DNA of 64,000 nucleotides from NCBI RefSeq assembly GCF_009914755.1, contig NC_060931.1. The stretch is one strand, 5' to 3'. The stretch comes from the human T2T-CHM13v2.0 reference genome, Homo sapiens. The translations under genes and the position numbers were made by a program. Positions 1-13,603 of the stretch are shown piece after piece (position 1 is the stretch's first letter; every line of letters begins with the position of its first letter). The notes beneath the pieces were generated by a model that did no database searches, was not told where the DNA came from, and saw only the letters and a program-made list of their open reading frames with translations.

Positions 1-29
1 CTATTTTTCTTTTAATGTTTTGGTTTTTT

Positions 30-258
30 TTTCCTCCAACTTTTATTTTAAGCTCCGGGGTCATGTGCAGGATGGGGAGGTTTGTGACACAGGTAAACAT
101 GTGCCATGGTGAGCTGCTGCACAGATCAACCCATCACCTAGGTTCCAACCCATCACCCAGCATCCATTAGCTTCTTTGCCTGATACTCTCTCTTCCCCTG
201 CTCACCCCCGACAGACCATAGTGTGTGCTGTTCCCCATCATGTGTCTGTGTGTTCTCA
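30..258 (-). mobile_element. L1PA (older primate) 3' end fragment
   Basis: Reverse-complement L1 3' UTR motifs (catgtgcaggat...ggtaaacatgtgccatggt...cccatcacctagg) after a T-rich tail. Confidence 0.85.
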
Positions 259-2758
259 CAAGATTACGTTTTCTTCTGGTGTTACTGCTATTTTTCAGTT
301 ATTTCAATTATAGCTTCCAATTAACTAAAATGATTTGGGGTTTTGCATTTTACCTAAGACATATATTAAAATTATCTTAAAAAATTGCCAACTACTGTCA
401 ACCCCACTCCTCAATTATCCTCATTATCATCAGACATTGTTTATTCAGGGGAAGCAAAGTAATTCTAATATTTGCCTAATAAAACATAATTATGTAAATT
501 GCCTCTAAAATTATTCATACTGTTATCTAAAACCAAATATTTTGGAAATAACCATTCTCTCACTCAGATTTGACTATACTTCTTTTGTTTAAAAAGTCTC
601 AGGGTTTTTGTTTTTTTCTTTTTCTTTGCCAATTTGAGCGATTTTTGGAGATAGGAGTAGTTCTGGAGTAAATGGGTACTGTATTTCTAGCTTTACCATT
701 AGTTAACTCTAAGAATGTGGCCAAAGACTTCAGTTGATACAGGCATAATTTTAAAAAGTATGTAGAAATGAGTTCTTCCAGCTCTAAATGTTTTTTGATT
801 CTAAAATGTGCAAATTAGAATTATGATATAAATTAAACATATAATAGAAAAATAAGTAATACGTTTGTTCAGATTAAGATACCAGAGAGTGAGCATGCTA
901 TTCGTATTTGAAATACACATCCTTCAAGATTTAGAAAAATAATAATTTAAAAAATTAAAATGAAGTTACATACTTTAAAATGTTAATATATTTAAAATAT
1001 TTTCAAATTTGAAAAATAAAATTCCAACATAATTCTAAAGTAAAACAAATTCCCAGGAATTTCACTATAGCTACAAAATTAGATGCTGTTATGCTTTGCA
1101 AAAAATACGTTAACTAGAAGCCAGTAGAAGACTGAGGTCTAGAAAGAAGTATAGATTTGATGTTATTGTTTTCTATTTTTAAATTTTATTTTCATTTCTC
1201 TTGACAGGAGTTTTAAATTTAAGAGCATTGATAAATGAGGAGAATAACTAACACTCAGGATAAGATAAAAATAACTGTTCTTAAATGTATACATTTTATT
1301 GTTCTAAAATGTTAATAGTATGTATGTGGCAGCAAAAATAAGTAATTTGAAATCAATGGATTATTTAGAAAGCTTCATTTATTCCTTTATTAAGCAACAA
1401 ACCATCTTGATCAAAGGGTCACCACTGATCTTTTAGTTGCATGAACAAAAGGGAACATCTCTTTTGGCCAATGTATTTTCTTATTCTATAAAAAGACAAA
1501 AGATATAAAGTAACAACCAAATGAACATTTATCAATAATACTTTTAAATTCCATTCATCAATATAAATTTTAATGCCTTATAATTAAAATATGTTACACC
1601 TGACTGCAATCTCTTCCATTTCTCAATTAAGTTTACTTTGCCAAATTGTGTGTGGTGGCCTGCGTATGTGTGTGAAGAAATGAGTGTTAGACAAAACTTG
1701 TCTTGCTCTAAAAAAGCCTCTAAAAGGTAGACACCACAGATTGAGAACAAGAGAAAAAAACCATATCTATGATATAACAACGTTAAAAGAAATCCCAGAT
1801 ATTTAGAACTACATCTGTTAAGGTGATCCAAAATATTACAAGCCAAAACCCAACTAATTCTTCATGGATATGCAAATAGAGCTCATGGCACGTAGTTTCT
1901 AGAGAGCACAGAAAAAGTTGCAAATATATATAAACATTTTGAAAATATTATTTAGCCCATCTGCAGCTTTTTATAGATTCTAAGTGCTTTAAACTCCTAT
2001 TTTATCTGTTATTCCTTACACCAATCCATTATAAGTCACAAATTTGTTTTATGGCTGGATACAGTGAAACAAGCTTTGAATGCATTAACAAGTTCTCTAG
2101 TGAACAAGTACACATTAAAAGACATGCATTTTCTAACATAGTAAGGATAGAAGAGGGTAGTAAAGAAAATATGAGGGCAGAAGCCTTGGAATTCCTTGGA
2201 GAATTCTGAGTTGTGCTAGAAGGGTCTTCTAGGTCAGCTATTATCCAACAACGTTTTCTACCAATGTGTGGTCCATTCTTCACCACCACCCACCTAACTG
2301 AACTCTGGACTATGATTTTGATAAGATGTTGCTGGTATGTGTTTCTAATACTCTTGTCCTTTCCTAACTCATTCAAAGTAGATTATACTAATACAAAGGG
2401 TTAAAGACACATTATCATATATGAACTTTGAAGCTAATTCACAAATATGTGAAAAATAAAAAATTCACTTTATTCAGTAATGAATAAAAAATAGTAATTC
2501 TTCAGTACATTTCGGTAGAATATTAGTAATTCTTTTATCAAATGATTTGTGATAACTTAAAATTAATTGTCATATCATTTATTCATTTCCTTAATTTTGT
2601 TGCATGCCCTCTGTGAACCAGGTTTTATGCTAACATATTGAGTAAAATAAAATGTAAATATAAGACAGTTTTCACTATGTTTATGAAGATTACTTTTCTC
2701 TGAGAGAGAGATTAATTTAAAAAATACATAAGTGAGTTGGAAAAGTGCTAGATGCCAT

Positions 2759-2850
2759 GAAGTTGGGATATACAATACTATGAGAATATATAGCAGGATT
2801 TTTTGAAGTTGTGATATATAATACTATGAGAATATATAGTAGGATTTTTT
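2759..2850. repeat. 46-bp tandem duplication (2 copies)
   Basis: gaagttgggatatacaatactatgagaatatatagcaggatttttt repeated with 3 mismatches. Confidence 0.9.
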
Positions 2851-2859
2851 GCAGGTTTT

Positions 2860-3200
2860 CTGTTGGTTATAACTCCAAACATGTTGTCTTTTGTACCTCC
2901 AGGGTTGGAAACCTGCAAACTACATTTCTTAGAAAACTTTGCCATTTGGCTTCTTTACTAATAGGAGGTACTCTCAGGAGGCTCAAAGCAAAAAAGAAGG
3001 CATTAAGACTTTGTTTTTCCTGCTGCCAGTTTGTGGCTGCCGGTGTAGTAATATCAGCAGACATGGTGACTATATGAGACTCCAGGTTCGTCCCAGCAGC
3101 ATCAGGAGAGATTTAACACCAGTGAAAATCTGGGCTCCTAAGTTTCTGCTAACTGGTGACATTGTGATTCCCACAGCTGCAGTTGCACTGGTGGCACCTC
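2860..3200. mobile_element. Old ERVL-type LTR fragment (LTR33-like)
   Basis: ggaaacctgcaaactacatttc...gcca.ttggcttc resembles the LTR33 consensus as I recall it. Confidence 0.4.
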
Positions 3201-4174
3201 TCACAGTTAGTTGAACAACAGCAAGCCCAGGGAAAGCTTTTATTAGAAAGGGCTGTTTTAGCTATCAGAAAGTACAGGCTACTTGCTCTGCCTGCAAGAC
3301 ACTGTTTTCTTCCCTTGTTATCAAAGCAGATAGGCTATGCAAAGAAGCCCTCTGTGGAGGTATATTTTAGGGACTAAATGAACATCTATATGGCTGAAGA
3401 CCAGAAAGCAAGGGGAAGGAGTAGTAAGAGAAAAGGCTGGAGAAGAAGGTAGGTGAATGAATATGCAGAGAATTCTAAGTACCTTCTGATAGCACAGAGA
3501 AGCCAGAAAAGGATTTGATACATACATATTTTCCGTTTTTCATTTCAAAATGTTAACTTTGAACTTTGCCATTAAAAGATTGCCACATAATATATGGGAA
3601 GTTTTGTTCCAGATTACTTGAAATGGAGTTCTCATTCTTTGGGACATAACAGGATTTTGTTTGTCCAGTGGATCTACGTAATAATAACCATGATAGTAAC
3701 AGAAACAATGGTCATAATACTGTGCATAATAGCCCCTGTTTTTGAGCACTTTCTCTGTAGCAGATACTGTTATAAGCATTTAACATGCACGTGATAATTC
3801 TAACAGAATTAACCTTGGCGGAAAAGTCTAATTTGTTTTCACTTTATAAATGAAGAAGCTGAACTTTAGTGTTTCAAGTAACTCTCAAGAAGTCAAATTG
3901 CTAATATGGTATAATACTGTCCCATTCCCTATAATTTTAGCCTTGTGCTTTTCTGCTTTCTAACTACCTTCTTAAAAAAGAGGAACAAATATGTTTCTCG
4001 TCGTTGATATTTTGACTAAAAATAAATTTTTCTTTTTCCTCTCTCAGTTATATAATGTTTTCAAGATATTTAATCCTGAATTTCATCTGTATACCTGGTT
4101 AAATGTGGGATAAGTGGATTAAAAAAGAGGGGGCATTGTCTTTGCACAACTAAAAGTATGATACACATAAGGTT

Positions 4175-4550
4175 ACTGTGATGGCTACAATGCCATACTA
4201 ACCAAATTCTCTTTTAATTTCCTTAATTTTGGCACACAGAAAATCTAGCTTTTTCACTTCCTTGCAGTTAGGTTAGGGCCATGTGGATGGGGTCTGGTGT
4301 GACTTGTTCTGCTAATAGAATGTGAGCAGATACGATGCAAGCCACTTACATGCCTGTTGGTAAAGGATCTCTATGTTTATCCCCACTCTCCTTTTTTTCT
4401 GTAGTCACCTCAGAGGCCTTATGCTTAATTTAACAGCATCATATCATCCAATTCATGAGAAATTATAATGTGAGTGAGAAATAGACTTTTCTTTTTTGTT
4501 CGTGTTGCCACTGAGATTTGTTTTTTTAAACATATGACCTAATGTTAACT
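4175..4550. mobile_element. Old MaLR/ERVL solo LTR (MLT1-like)
   Basis: ccttgcagttagg...ggccatgtg...aatagaatgtgagcaga and atgtgagtgagaaata...ccactgagattt motifs. Confidence 0.55.
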
Positions 4551-5109
4551 ACCTTGGCCACTAGAAGACAGGCCAGCTGTGGTTGATTTAGAGTGTTCCC
4601 CACCTTCTTTGGGAAGGTCCATTCTAAGTACAACTGCTGGTACTCTGTTCTAGAATCACTCTGTGGTTGAGGCTGTAAAACTGGATCCTGGCCCCTACTG
4701 CACTTGCAAGATCTCTTCTGTTTTCGCCTTTATTTCAGAAGAGTTCCTGCTATTTCAGTGGCCTGAGAGGTCTACTTATTGTTAATAGTATATTAATTTC
4801 TACTATGCTATCTTTAGCTTCCCATGGTATAATTTTGCCCTGAATCATATCTAAAATCACACTTTGGTGATCATAGCTTCAAACTCTGGAAGTACAGACC
4901 TTTATCTTATTAACTTACCAACGTGAGTTTCCATCCACATTTAATTCAGAGGAAGAAACAAGGGGGAAATTGCAGCTGCTTAAAGACTCCTCAGATTTAG
5001 GGGACAATAAGGAGATATTGGAATATTAGTATCTGAGATGAATAAATAGGGAGTTGACATTGGAAACAAGGGAGATTCTTTTGAGGAGAAGGCTGGTGTG
5101 CTTGTGTGT

Positions 5110-5975
5110 GTACCTAATATTCTAAATGCTGGGAATGTAAAGATGAACAAGGATCTGTTGTTACCCTTGAGAAAGTTCAAATCTATTTAAGAATTAGATA
5201 GCTACATAAATTATTGCAGTACTGCAATAAAGCAGAGAGTTTACATGGTGAAATTAATAGATTCTAGATGGGGAAAGGGCTTCAGCATGATCATTGAGCT
5301 GATCAGTAAAAGAGAAATGGAAATTTGCACGGTGATCAGTATGGTTAACTAGCAAAGATAGAAGTGTCTTGTAAGATGAAGTCTCTTGAGAATTATATTA
5401 GAGAATAGTTTGAGTATAGAATATTAGAAGGTTGGAGTAGCAGGAGATCAAACTGCATAGGAAGCCATAGAGTTGATCATTAAAGGCCTTGTTCACTGGG
5501 TTAATATGTTTAGATTTTATAGTAGCTTATGGGAACCAGTGAAAGGTTTTGAACAGGTAAATGGCATGAAAATATTTTTCAGAAAAATTTATTGTGTCAT
5601 GTGGTAGAATCAATTGAAAGCAGAGATTATTGCAAGGAGGCTAGGTAATTTTTTAAAAAGTTCCAATGAAAGATAAGAACCAGAAATTAGACAATAGCAG
5701 TAGGAATAGAAGTAGAAGATGAATGAAAAGGTATGAAATAAATTGAATGGAAAGACTTGATGACTAGATATAAAGGAGTGGGTCATGCTTCTGCTGAGGT
5801 AGAAAATCAAATACAAAGAGGAAAGCAAATTGTCATGTGAGAATGTGGTTGAGTCACATTTTGAAGATGTTGAGTCTGTGATGCCTCTGGAACATCCAAG
5901 TAGAAATACAAGTAGGTTACTGGTCTGTAACTTACAAATGAGATCCCAGCTCTTGATAAAGATTTGAGTGTGGGT
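5110..5975 (-). mobile_element. L2 LINE fragment
   Basis: Purine-rich degenerate L2 motifs (gggaaccagtgaaaggttttgaacagg; ttgagtctgtgatgcct...acatccaagtaga). Confidence 0.6.
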
Positions 5976-7394
5976 CAGTGGTTTCCCAAAGCGCCTTCCA
6001 AAGTTCTGACTGCATAAACTAGGGAGCTTGGGGGAATAAGTTAAGTGGCCTACTATAAACATGAAGTTTTGCTTTAGTTTGTTTTACTTTATTTTTTCCA
6101 TCTTACATGTGTATGGACTTGTGTTAGTTTTTGCATAAAATTATTTTTTTCCCAAATGTTAGGTAAATCTTAGATTCCAGAAGAAATTAACTTTCCCTTC
6201 TGGCATATTGTTACCTACCCTACCCTGATGCAGGGTAGTGAAAAGTATTCGAGGGAGTCAGGGCTGTATTCACTTCCTACTTTGAGCTGTGTGATCATGA
6301 GAAGATTATCATTAGCTCCAATAATAAAAAATAGCAACATTATATAATGTAAATAAATCACCTACCACACTGACTTTTTAATCCCTTTCATTTTATTATG
6401 TGGGAGTAGTGGTAAAAGCCCTGAGTAAAATAAGAGTCAATTAAATCGATTAGAAAACCTGAGTAAAATAAGGAAAGAGCAAAGGATGAAACAAACACTG
6501 CAAACCTAATAAACAAAAAATGTAACATGAAAGCCATTGCTTCTGGTATAAAAATACTTGCATGTAAGCTTCCCAAGTATTAGTACAGGTTATGAAAGTT
6601 ATAAATTATAAATCTTAGATTAGACAATGGTTTACAGAAATGGCCCAATAGTCATGCCAGTTAGAATATAATCCACATGAGGCCAGTGGACTTTGGCTGT
6701 TTTATTCTTGGATGCTTGTTTAGCTCATAGGCATTCAATAAACATGCCGTAAATTTATTGAAGGATTCAAGAGATACACACTTTTGGTACATCAGTGTTT
6801 CAGCACATTTAATTTCAGTATTTCAGTTGAAACAAGTCATGGCAATTGTGATTCTGAATATGATCCAATTTTGCAAATAAATTGGAGCTGGTAGGACAGT
6901 AGTGAGTCTTACCATTGTCAGGTAAACACATAGTTCAACTCCTGACTTTAGATCTGATATTTTCCAAGGAAAAATGTTTTCAAATAAAAGGTGATGAGAA
7001 CTTAGATTTCATGGGTTAAATGAAATTTACAGAGGTATTTTTGTCTATTTGTCACAGCATTTTAAAATTAAGAGATGTTGTGTAAAAATATTAATTTGTC
7101 ACTTTCCTTGAATAATAGGATAAATGGCAGTGGCAGTCAAACTTTTTCATATAGCAACAATTTGCTTATCCTGAGTACCTATGGCCAGCTATAAACAAAG
7201 TATGCGTTCTCCAATTGCAATACAGTCCTCACTATCATCCAGTGCCCGCTTATGCAGTTTTACCCAGTGGATTTCACTCCTTATGTTACTCTTTTGGCCT
7301 CTTGAGGCATTTGATTTGCAACTTTTCCTTTAAACTTTGATATTTAGGTCTCCTTAAAAGAACAACAAGCTTAGGCCAGACATTTATACTGTCT

Positions 7395-7850
7395 TTGTCT
7401 GTGTTACCTCAAAAGTAGAGCCTGAGACAAGGACTTGGGAATTGCTAATTTATTTGGAAGATAAAACTAGGAAGCTAATATGAGAAATAGAGAAAAGTGA
7501 GACAGAGAGGAAAAACAAGTCAATAAAGGGTACATTAATGAGTGGGTTACTAATGTGGACAATTTGGGCTCAGTCTCACTGGGTGGATCATACCTTTGAA
7601 TTGTCAGACCTAAAAGAATAGGGAGGCTGGGACATTTCTCAGTGGATTCCCATCTCCAGTTGGTTGGGGGTTGAGCCAGGGGATATCACTCTGCTGCAGT
7701 TCTGCGTTGAGCCTAGGTATGCCTTAGCCTGCTTGCTTCCTTGTAGGAGAGTGTTCTCAGGCACAGGAGTGGTCAGTGAGTAGGGAACTTTCCACAGCTG
7801 CAGGTAAACTCAGCTGGGGTCTGAGAGTTATGGCCCTCTGACAACTGTTC
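7395..7850. mobile_element. Old MaLR/ERVL LTR
   Basis: agagcctgagacaaggacttgg...tttatttgg motif typical of ancient MLT1/LTR16-class LTRs. Confidence 0.45.
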
Positions 7851-8013
7851 ATGTCATGGAATTGCAAATCATCAATTTTTTAAAGCTTTGCATGGGCAAA
7901 AACAATTATCTCTACCTTCTAATTTAAAATTTAGTTTTTCGATTATTGTAAATCTACTTGAATTGGAATGTAGGGTGAATAATGCCATTAAGGGAATGTT
8001 AACTAATTAATGA

Positions 8014-8204
8014 ATTTATTTATTGAGGCAGAGTCTCACTCTGTTGCCCAGGCTGGAGTGCTGTGGTGCGATCTTGGCTCATGGCAATCTCCGCCTCCTG
8101 GGTTCAAATGATTCTTGCTCCTCAGCCTTCCTGACGTCAAGTGATCCACCCACCTAGGCCTCCCAAAGTGCTGGGATTACAGGTATGAGCCACCGTGCCC
8201 AGCC
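8014..8204 (-). mobile_element. Alu (S-type) with ~100-bp internal deletion
   Basis: Right-arm sequence jumps to left-arm sequence at cctcagcct-tcctga-cgtcaagtgatcc. The central A-rich linker is absent. Confidence 0.9.
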
Positions 8205-9269
8205 TGGGAACATTATTTTACATAACTGCAATTCTGGAACATTCCTTAGGGTCTGATAATATACAAACTTTATGCCAATCTTCCATTGTACCAAAGCAAA
8301 AGCTGTACTCAAAAGACCATTGAATAGATCAATTAATTTCTTCCATATATATGGATAGCAATAGAATCTCTAATAGTTAGAACTAACTCAGTTACAAGAG
8401 TGAAGGTCCTGGAATAGGAAAAATCTCAAGAACATGCCAAGCTTTCATTTCGCTGGCAACCTATTCTGATGTATGAACAAGACAAGAAATCTAGAAAGTT
8501 TTTGTACTGTAAAATCTTTGCAAAGAACTTTAATTTTTTCCTCTAAACACCTAGTAATTTACACATAAACTAGTTTACATTCATTAGCGTTTGTCAGTAC
8601 ACTTTTCTTCTGAAGCTTCAAACTGGAATATCAATCCAAATGCAAAAGTAGGACTCTGACCCAGCTTGCAAGGGCGCCTTCATTAGCAGCTCTGTTCAGT
8701 TATTGCTCCCGCTGAAGCTGAACTTGTGAAATGAGTGTACCAGAAAATGTGGAGCAGACATAACATAAACAATTTAACGTAAGAGGAGCACTTTAACCCT
8801 CTCCTTTGCAGCCATCTATGCTATACTATACAGACAAAAGAAAGTGCCTTAATTGTCCAGAGAATGGGGGAATACACATTATATTGCAAATTTCCCAATA
8901 CTTAAACCCAGAATTAAATAAATCACCTGGAAAAATAAATTGAGATAGCTGTCTTCAGTGAAGTAGGTGTCATTACAACAGATGCTTTTACTTTTTCATT
9001 TTTTCCCTGTTAGAATGACATCAATAAAAAGCTATGAACCAAACAATAAAATAAATCTTTCTCTCTCACCAATTTATCTATATTAGAATCAAAGGTAAGA
9101 ACATATATGTACTGGGTTCTAGCAATCCAAATGCAGTAAGTGAGGATTAAACTATCCAAACATTTTAAGGATTAAGTGAGATGATATTTATTTTAAAGAG
9201 CATCAGTGTGTAGTCTGCTTGCCTAGAGCAGCAGTTCTGAACAGGAGCTCCTACTTTAATATCTCCCTA

Positions 9270-9771
9270 ACATAGTTTCTAATTGCTACTGTAACAAATT
9301 ACCACTAATTTTATAGCTTAAATAATACAAATTTATTATTTTATAGCATTTCTGGTCAGAAGTCCAAAATGGGTGTCATTGAGTTAAAATCAAAGTGTTG
9401 ACAAGGCAGCATTTCTTTTTTAGGTTCTAGGAGAAAATCTGATTCTTTATCATTTGCAGCTTCTAAAGGCCTACTGCATTCCTTGGTTTGTGGTCTCTTT
9501 CACCATCTTCAAAGCCAGCAGTGTAGCATCTTCAAATCTCTCTCCGACACTGAGCTCCCCTTCTGCTTCCCTCTTTCACTTTAAAGGATCCTTGGCATTA
9601 CAGTAGGCCCACCTGGATAATCCAGGATAATCTCTTTATTTTGAAGTCATATGATTTGCATCCTTAATCCATTGCAACGTAAATTACCTATTGCCATGTA
9701 CTATGGCATATTCACAGATTCTGAAGATTGGGATGTGGACATCTTTTGGGGTCCATTATTCTGCCTACCAC
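9270..9771 (-). mobile_element. MLT1C/D-type MaLR solo LTR
   Basis: Starts tagtttct.attgct.ctgtaacaaattaccac and ends gatgtggacatctttt...attattctgcctaccac, ~500 bp. Confidence 0.8.
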
Positions 9772-10759
9772 CTTTCAGCATTGCTTGGAGAATCAAAGAC
9801 AGCTATCCATGACTCTCCACCCCACTAGCATGCAGATCCTAAACTGGCCCAGTGATTGCCACTGTGAGTTACAGTGAGTAATTGGTTATTGAATCAGCTG
9901 AAAAGTTAGAAATGTTTGGCTGTTGCATCAGGAAAGTGGCACGAGGTAAAAAGGACATCAGGATGAAGTGTAAGTTTCTTTGGCCAAAGTTTATAAAGAA
10001 TAATAAAAATACTTCTTTTATAATGCTGACATAAATTTGTTATGCTTTCCCCAGTATAGATGGTTTATGTTTTTTCTTTTTATATCTGAAACAAGTAACA
10101 TATTTTATTGCAACCCAGAAGTTCTTTTTGGCAGCTGTCAGTTATTCATTAAAAAATGATTGGATATGTAATATGAGATGGCCTGAGGGGAATAATAGTG
10201 AATAGGACCCAGGGCTGGCTTTCAAGTGACTCACCAGTTCAATAAAAGAATAAAACAAGTGATCATTTAAAATACAGAATAAGAAGAACTTTAGTATGGG
10301 TATCTGGAGGTCTTAAGGGAGTGCAAAAGAGACTCACTAGAAACAGTCAACATAATCTCTGCTGGGTCACAGTGGTTCCAGACACTCTTCCAAAGAAAGT
10401 GAAGCAGTCTTTGAGGAAGGGGATGTGGCAGTGAGTATAAAACTTGTGAAAGTGCACAATCATGAAAGAACATGGGTGAAATGCAAGTGAAACAGCATCA
10501 CTGTAGCTAAGTACATGGGGATAAAAGGGGAGCAGGCACAGGAAAGGTTGACAAGGTCCAGCTCATGACGTCCTTGCTTACTTGAGGATGCTGGACTTTT
10601 CTCATATAAAAAATGGTGATCTCATAAGGGAGATCACCTATTTGTAAAAAAATACAATTGGCATTTTAGAAGAAGAATGATAGTAGGGATAAAGAAGACT
10701 TTATGCTGCTGATAGAACTATTATGACTATGACTATGACGACTGTCACTAAAGATATGA

Positions 10760-10945
10760 CTTGAATGCTTGCCAGTAGAAAATAATTGTGAAAATTATAT
10801 CCATTTAATCCTCACAACAACTCTCAAACAGGTGCTGTACTTACCCTTATTTGAACAGATGAGAAAACTATAGTTGAGAGAGATTTAGTAACTTTCCCTG
10901 GACACACATTCTGTAAAAATGAGCAGCTGGGGTACAGGTTTACAC
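10760..10945. mobile_element. MIR SINE
   Basis: catttaatcctcacaacaac...acagatgagaaaact core. Other MIR-like pieces near 3740, 13620, 14920, 25470, 26420, 30010, 42320, 46250, 47150, 50890 and 55570. Confidence 0.7.
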
Positions 10946-11120
10946 GGCTGTCCCCAGGACCCTCTTACCCCCACACGCTGACTTACCTTGAAGTCCTCAA
11001 GCTGAAGCTACCAGTTCCCTCATTTGCATAGGTCCTTTCCCAAACTTGATGAATTCAAGTAGGGAGCAAGAACTCAGTCAGTCACATGGCAGAGTCACAG
11101 ACTGCTGCCCCACTATGGGG

Positions 11121-11198
11121 GCCACCATATCCACCAGGATCATATCCACCAGACAATATCCACCATATCCACCAGCCACTATATCCACCAGACAATAC
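11121..11198. repeat. Short minisatellite, five ATATCCACCA cores within a ~39-bp duplication
   Basis: Cores at 11127, 11142, 11156, 11165 and 11181. Confidence 0.85.
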
Positions 11199-11399
11199 TC
11201 TGAATAGCCTAGATGAGCATCTCCACCAGTCTTGACTCCAAGAAGGAAGATCACAAAGAGATAGTACTGTAACCTGTGCTCACTGGGCATTTTGACCCCA
11301 GCCACCTATTCTCCTGGCCCTGTGAAAACCTGAATGAGCTGGACCATGACCAGCAAGGTCAAAGGTCCCGAATTCTCATAGGCACCACCTGGGCAAGAC

Positions 11400-11735
11400 G
11401 CTGTAAAGGAATTACTGTTGTGACATTAGCAACAGAAATTAGGAAGCCAAAATAAATTTCTAAACTATCAATTTAAAATCTTTTTAGCCATTCTAGAGAA
11501 AAGATTGAGTTATATTTACATCTTCTCAGTAGATGAATATTATAAAATTGTTGTCTACAAAGAGAGGATCAAAGGGGATGCAGCCAAAAATGCAGGAAAA
11601 AATAGGGAAATGGGTCAGGCGTTAGTTTTTTTTCTAAATATCTATTTTGCCTTGTAATTTTATATTCCTTTTCTTAGTGAGATCTCACTAAATGTGGGAG
11701 CTTCCGGACCCACACAAATTGGATCCACCCCTGCC
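11400..11735. mobile_element. Ancient hAT-type DNA transposon end fragment
   Basis: Degenerate hAT-like 3' segment ending ...ggatccacccctg (TIR-like). Family not determined. Confidence 0.4.
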
Positions 11736-11749
11736 TACAGCTATAATTT

Positions 11750-12255
11750 ATTACAGGAAATGATGAAGGTCTGAACAAAGGCCTCCACCAATGGAGGTGG
11801 TGAAAAGGAATGGACTTGACAAATATTAGGGTGATAGGTAGAGTGGATGAGACTCACAGGAATGGCAATCTAGAAGAACGAGTGGTTGAGGATTTTCCTG
11901 GGATTCTAACTTAAAAAACTAGGTAGGTACTGACTGGTGAAATTCACTGGGAAAGTTACACAGGTGGTAGGACAGGTTAATGTTGGGAGGTGAGATGAAT
12001 TTCATTTGGAAGATTTTGATTTAATATGCCTGTGAGATATTTAAGTAAAGCTGTAGGAATAGCCAGTAAAATTATCAGCTGAGTTCAGAAAATGTTGGAT
12101 TGGAGATATAAATTTGGAAGTCCTAGGCATATAGGTATATTCAAATCCATGGATAAGGAAATGTATATATAATTTTGAAAACAGAGAGAGGGTTGAAAAA
12201 AGGATTATTAAAGTGATAGGTCAATGAGCCAGGGCTAAAATCTGAAGTATTCAAT
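11750..12255 (-). mobile_element. L2 LINE fragment
   Basis: gatgaatttcatttgga...tgcctgtgagatatt...ggattggagatataaatttggaagtc L2 motifs. Confidence 0.65.
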
Positions 12256-12264
12256 AGCTTACGT

Positions 12265-12623
12265 CAGTAGTCCCCAATCTTTTTAGCACCAGGGACAGCT
12301 TTTGTGGAAGACAATTTTTTCCATGAATGGGGGATGGGGGAGGGTAGGGTGGGAGCAGTGTGTAGTTTCCGAATGAAACTATTCTGCCTCAGATCATCAG
12401 ACATTAGATTCTCATAAGGAATGTGCAACCTACATCCCTCCCATGTGCAGCTCACAACAGGGTTTGCACTCCTGTGAGAATCTAATGCCGCCACTGATCT
12501 GACAGGAGGTGGAGCTCAGGCAGTAATGCTTGCTTGTCTGCTGCTCACCTCCTGCTGTTCAGCTTGGATCCTAATAGGCCGTGGACTGATACCGATCCAT
12601 GGCCCCAGGGTTGGGGACCCCTG
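12265..12623 (+). mobile_element. MER1B (hAT-Charlie MITE), full length
   Basis: TIRs cagtagtccccaatc / ggttggggacccctg. 8-bp TSD gcttacgt (12257-12264) / gcctacat (12624-12631). Confidence 0.9.
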
Positions 12624-13249
12624 GCCTACATAACAATATAAATGAATTTATGAATCAAAAGTGTTTTTATTTTTTTTAATTCTCAAAAGAAAATTATCTA
12701 TTCATCTATCCTTCTATCCATTGATCTATCTGTTTCTCAAATGATATACATTTTATCATTTGAGTGCAAGTAATCCATCAAATCATTGTAATGATTTTAA
12801 AAGTACTTGTTACAATACAAAAGTTGCTGATGTGATCTTTTATTTGATGTGGTTATTGCCAGATGAGTACCACTTGCCTCTGAGCTGTGTTTTGACATTA
12901 AGAAACATCACCAACAACTTCTCTATTACATTGATAGTCATTAGGTTATTCTGAGTTTCAATAATGTCCGTTTAACATCAGTGATATTGTTCATGGCCTT
13001 GAATCTTCTTGTGGCAATTGCTGTATTAGTAACAATTGAATCAATTTTTTCTACTCATACTGTGAGATGAGAATTTTATTGTTTAATATTTCTGTTACAA
13101 GTTAAGTAATAAATATAGTTTATTATCATGTTACATTTAACCTAATCTTTCAGGCCAGGTGAAAGATGGGTGTATCGTGGTGATTATGAAAAGACGATCT
13201 GTTGTTGCTTTTCCGGGCTCCATTACTGACTCTGTCAGAGAAGGGTTTT

Positions 13250-13603
13250 TCTTTTTTTAGTTTTAATTTTTTAATTGACCAAGAATAATTGTACATATTC
13301 ATGGGGTACATAGTGATGTTTTGATACATATAATGTATAGTGATCAGATCAGTGTAATTAGCATATCCATCATCTCAAACATTTATTTATTTGTGTAGGA
13401 AATATTTAATATCCTCTTTTGAGCTATCTGAATGTGCATAATATATCATTGTTAGCTATAGTCATCCTACAGTGGTATGGAACACTGGAACTTATTCCCT
13501 TTATCTAGCTGTAATTTTGTATCCTTTAACAAACCTCTCCCTCTATCTCTCCCTTCCCAGCATCTAGTATCCTCTGTTCTACTTTTTACTTCCATGAGAT
13601 TAA
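13250..13603 (-). mobile_element. L1MA 3' end fragment
   Basis: aataattgtacatattcatggggtacatagtgatgtttt...atatccatcatctcaaacatt. Confidence 0.85.

Noticed and set aside
6220-6238. Small hairpins (ctaccctg-atg-cagggtag; also ggtgatctc...gagatcacc near 10614)
   Set aside because: 8-9 bp stems are expected by chance in 64 kb.
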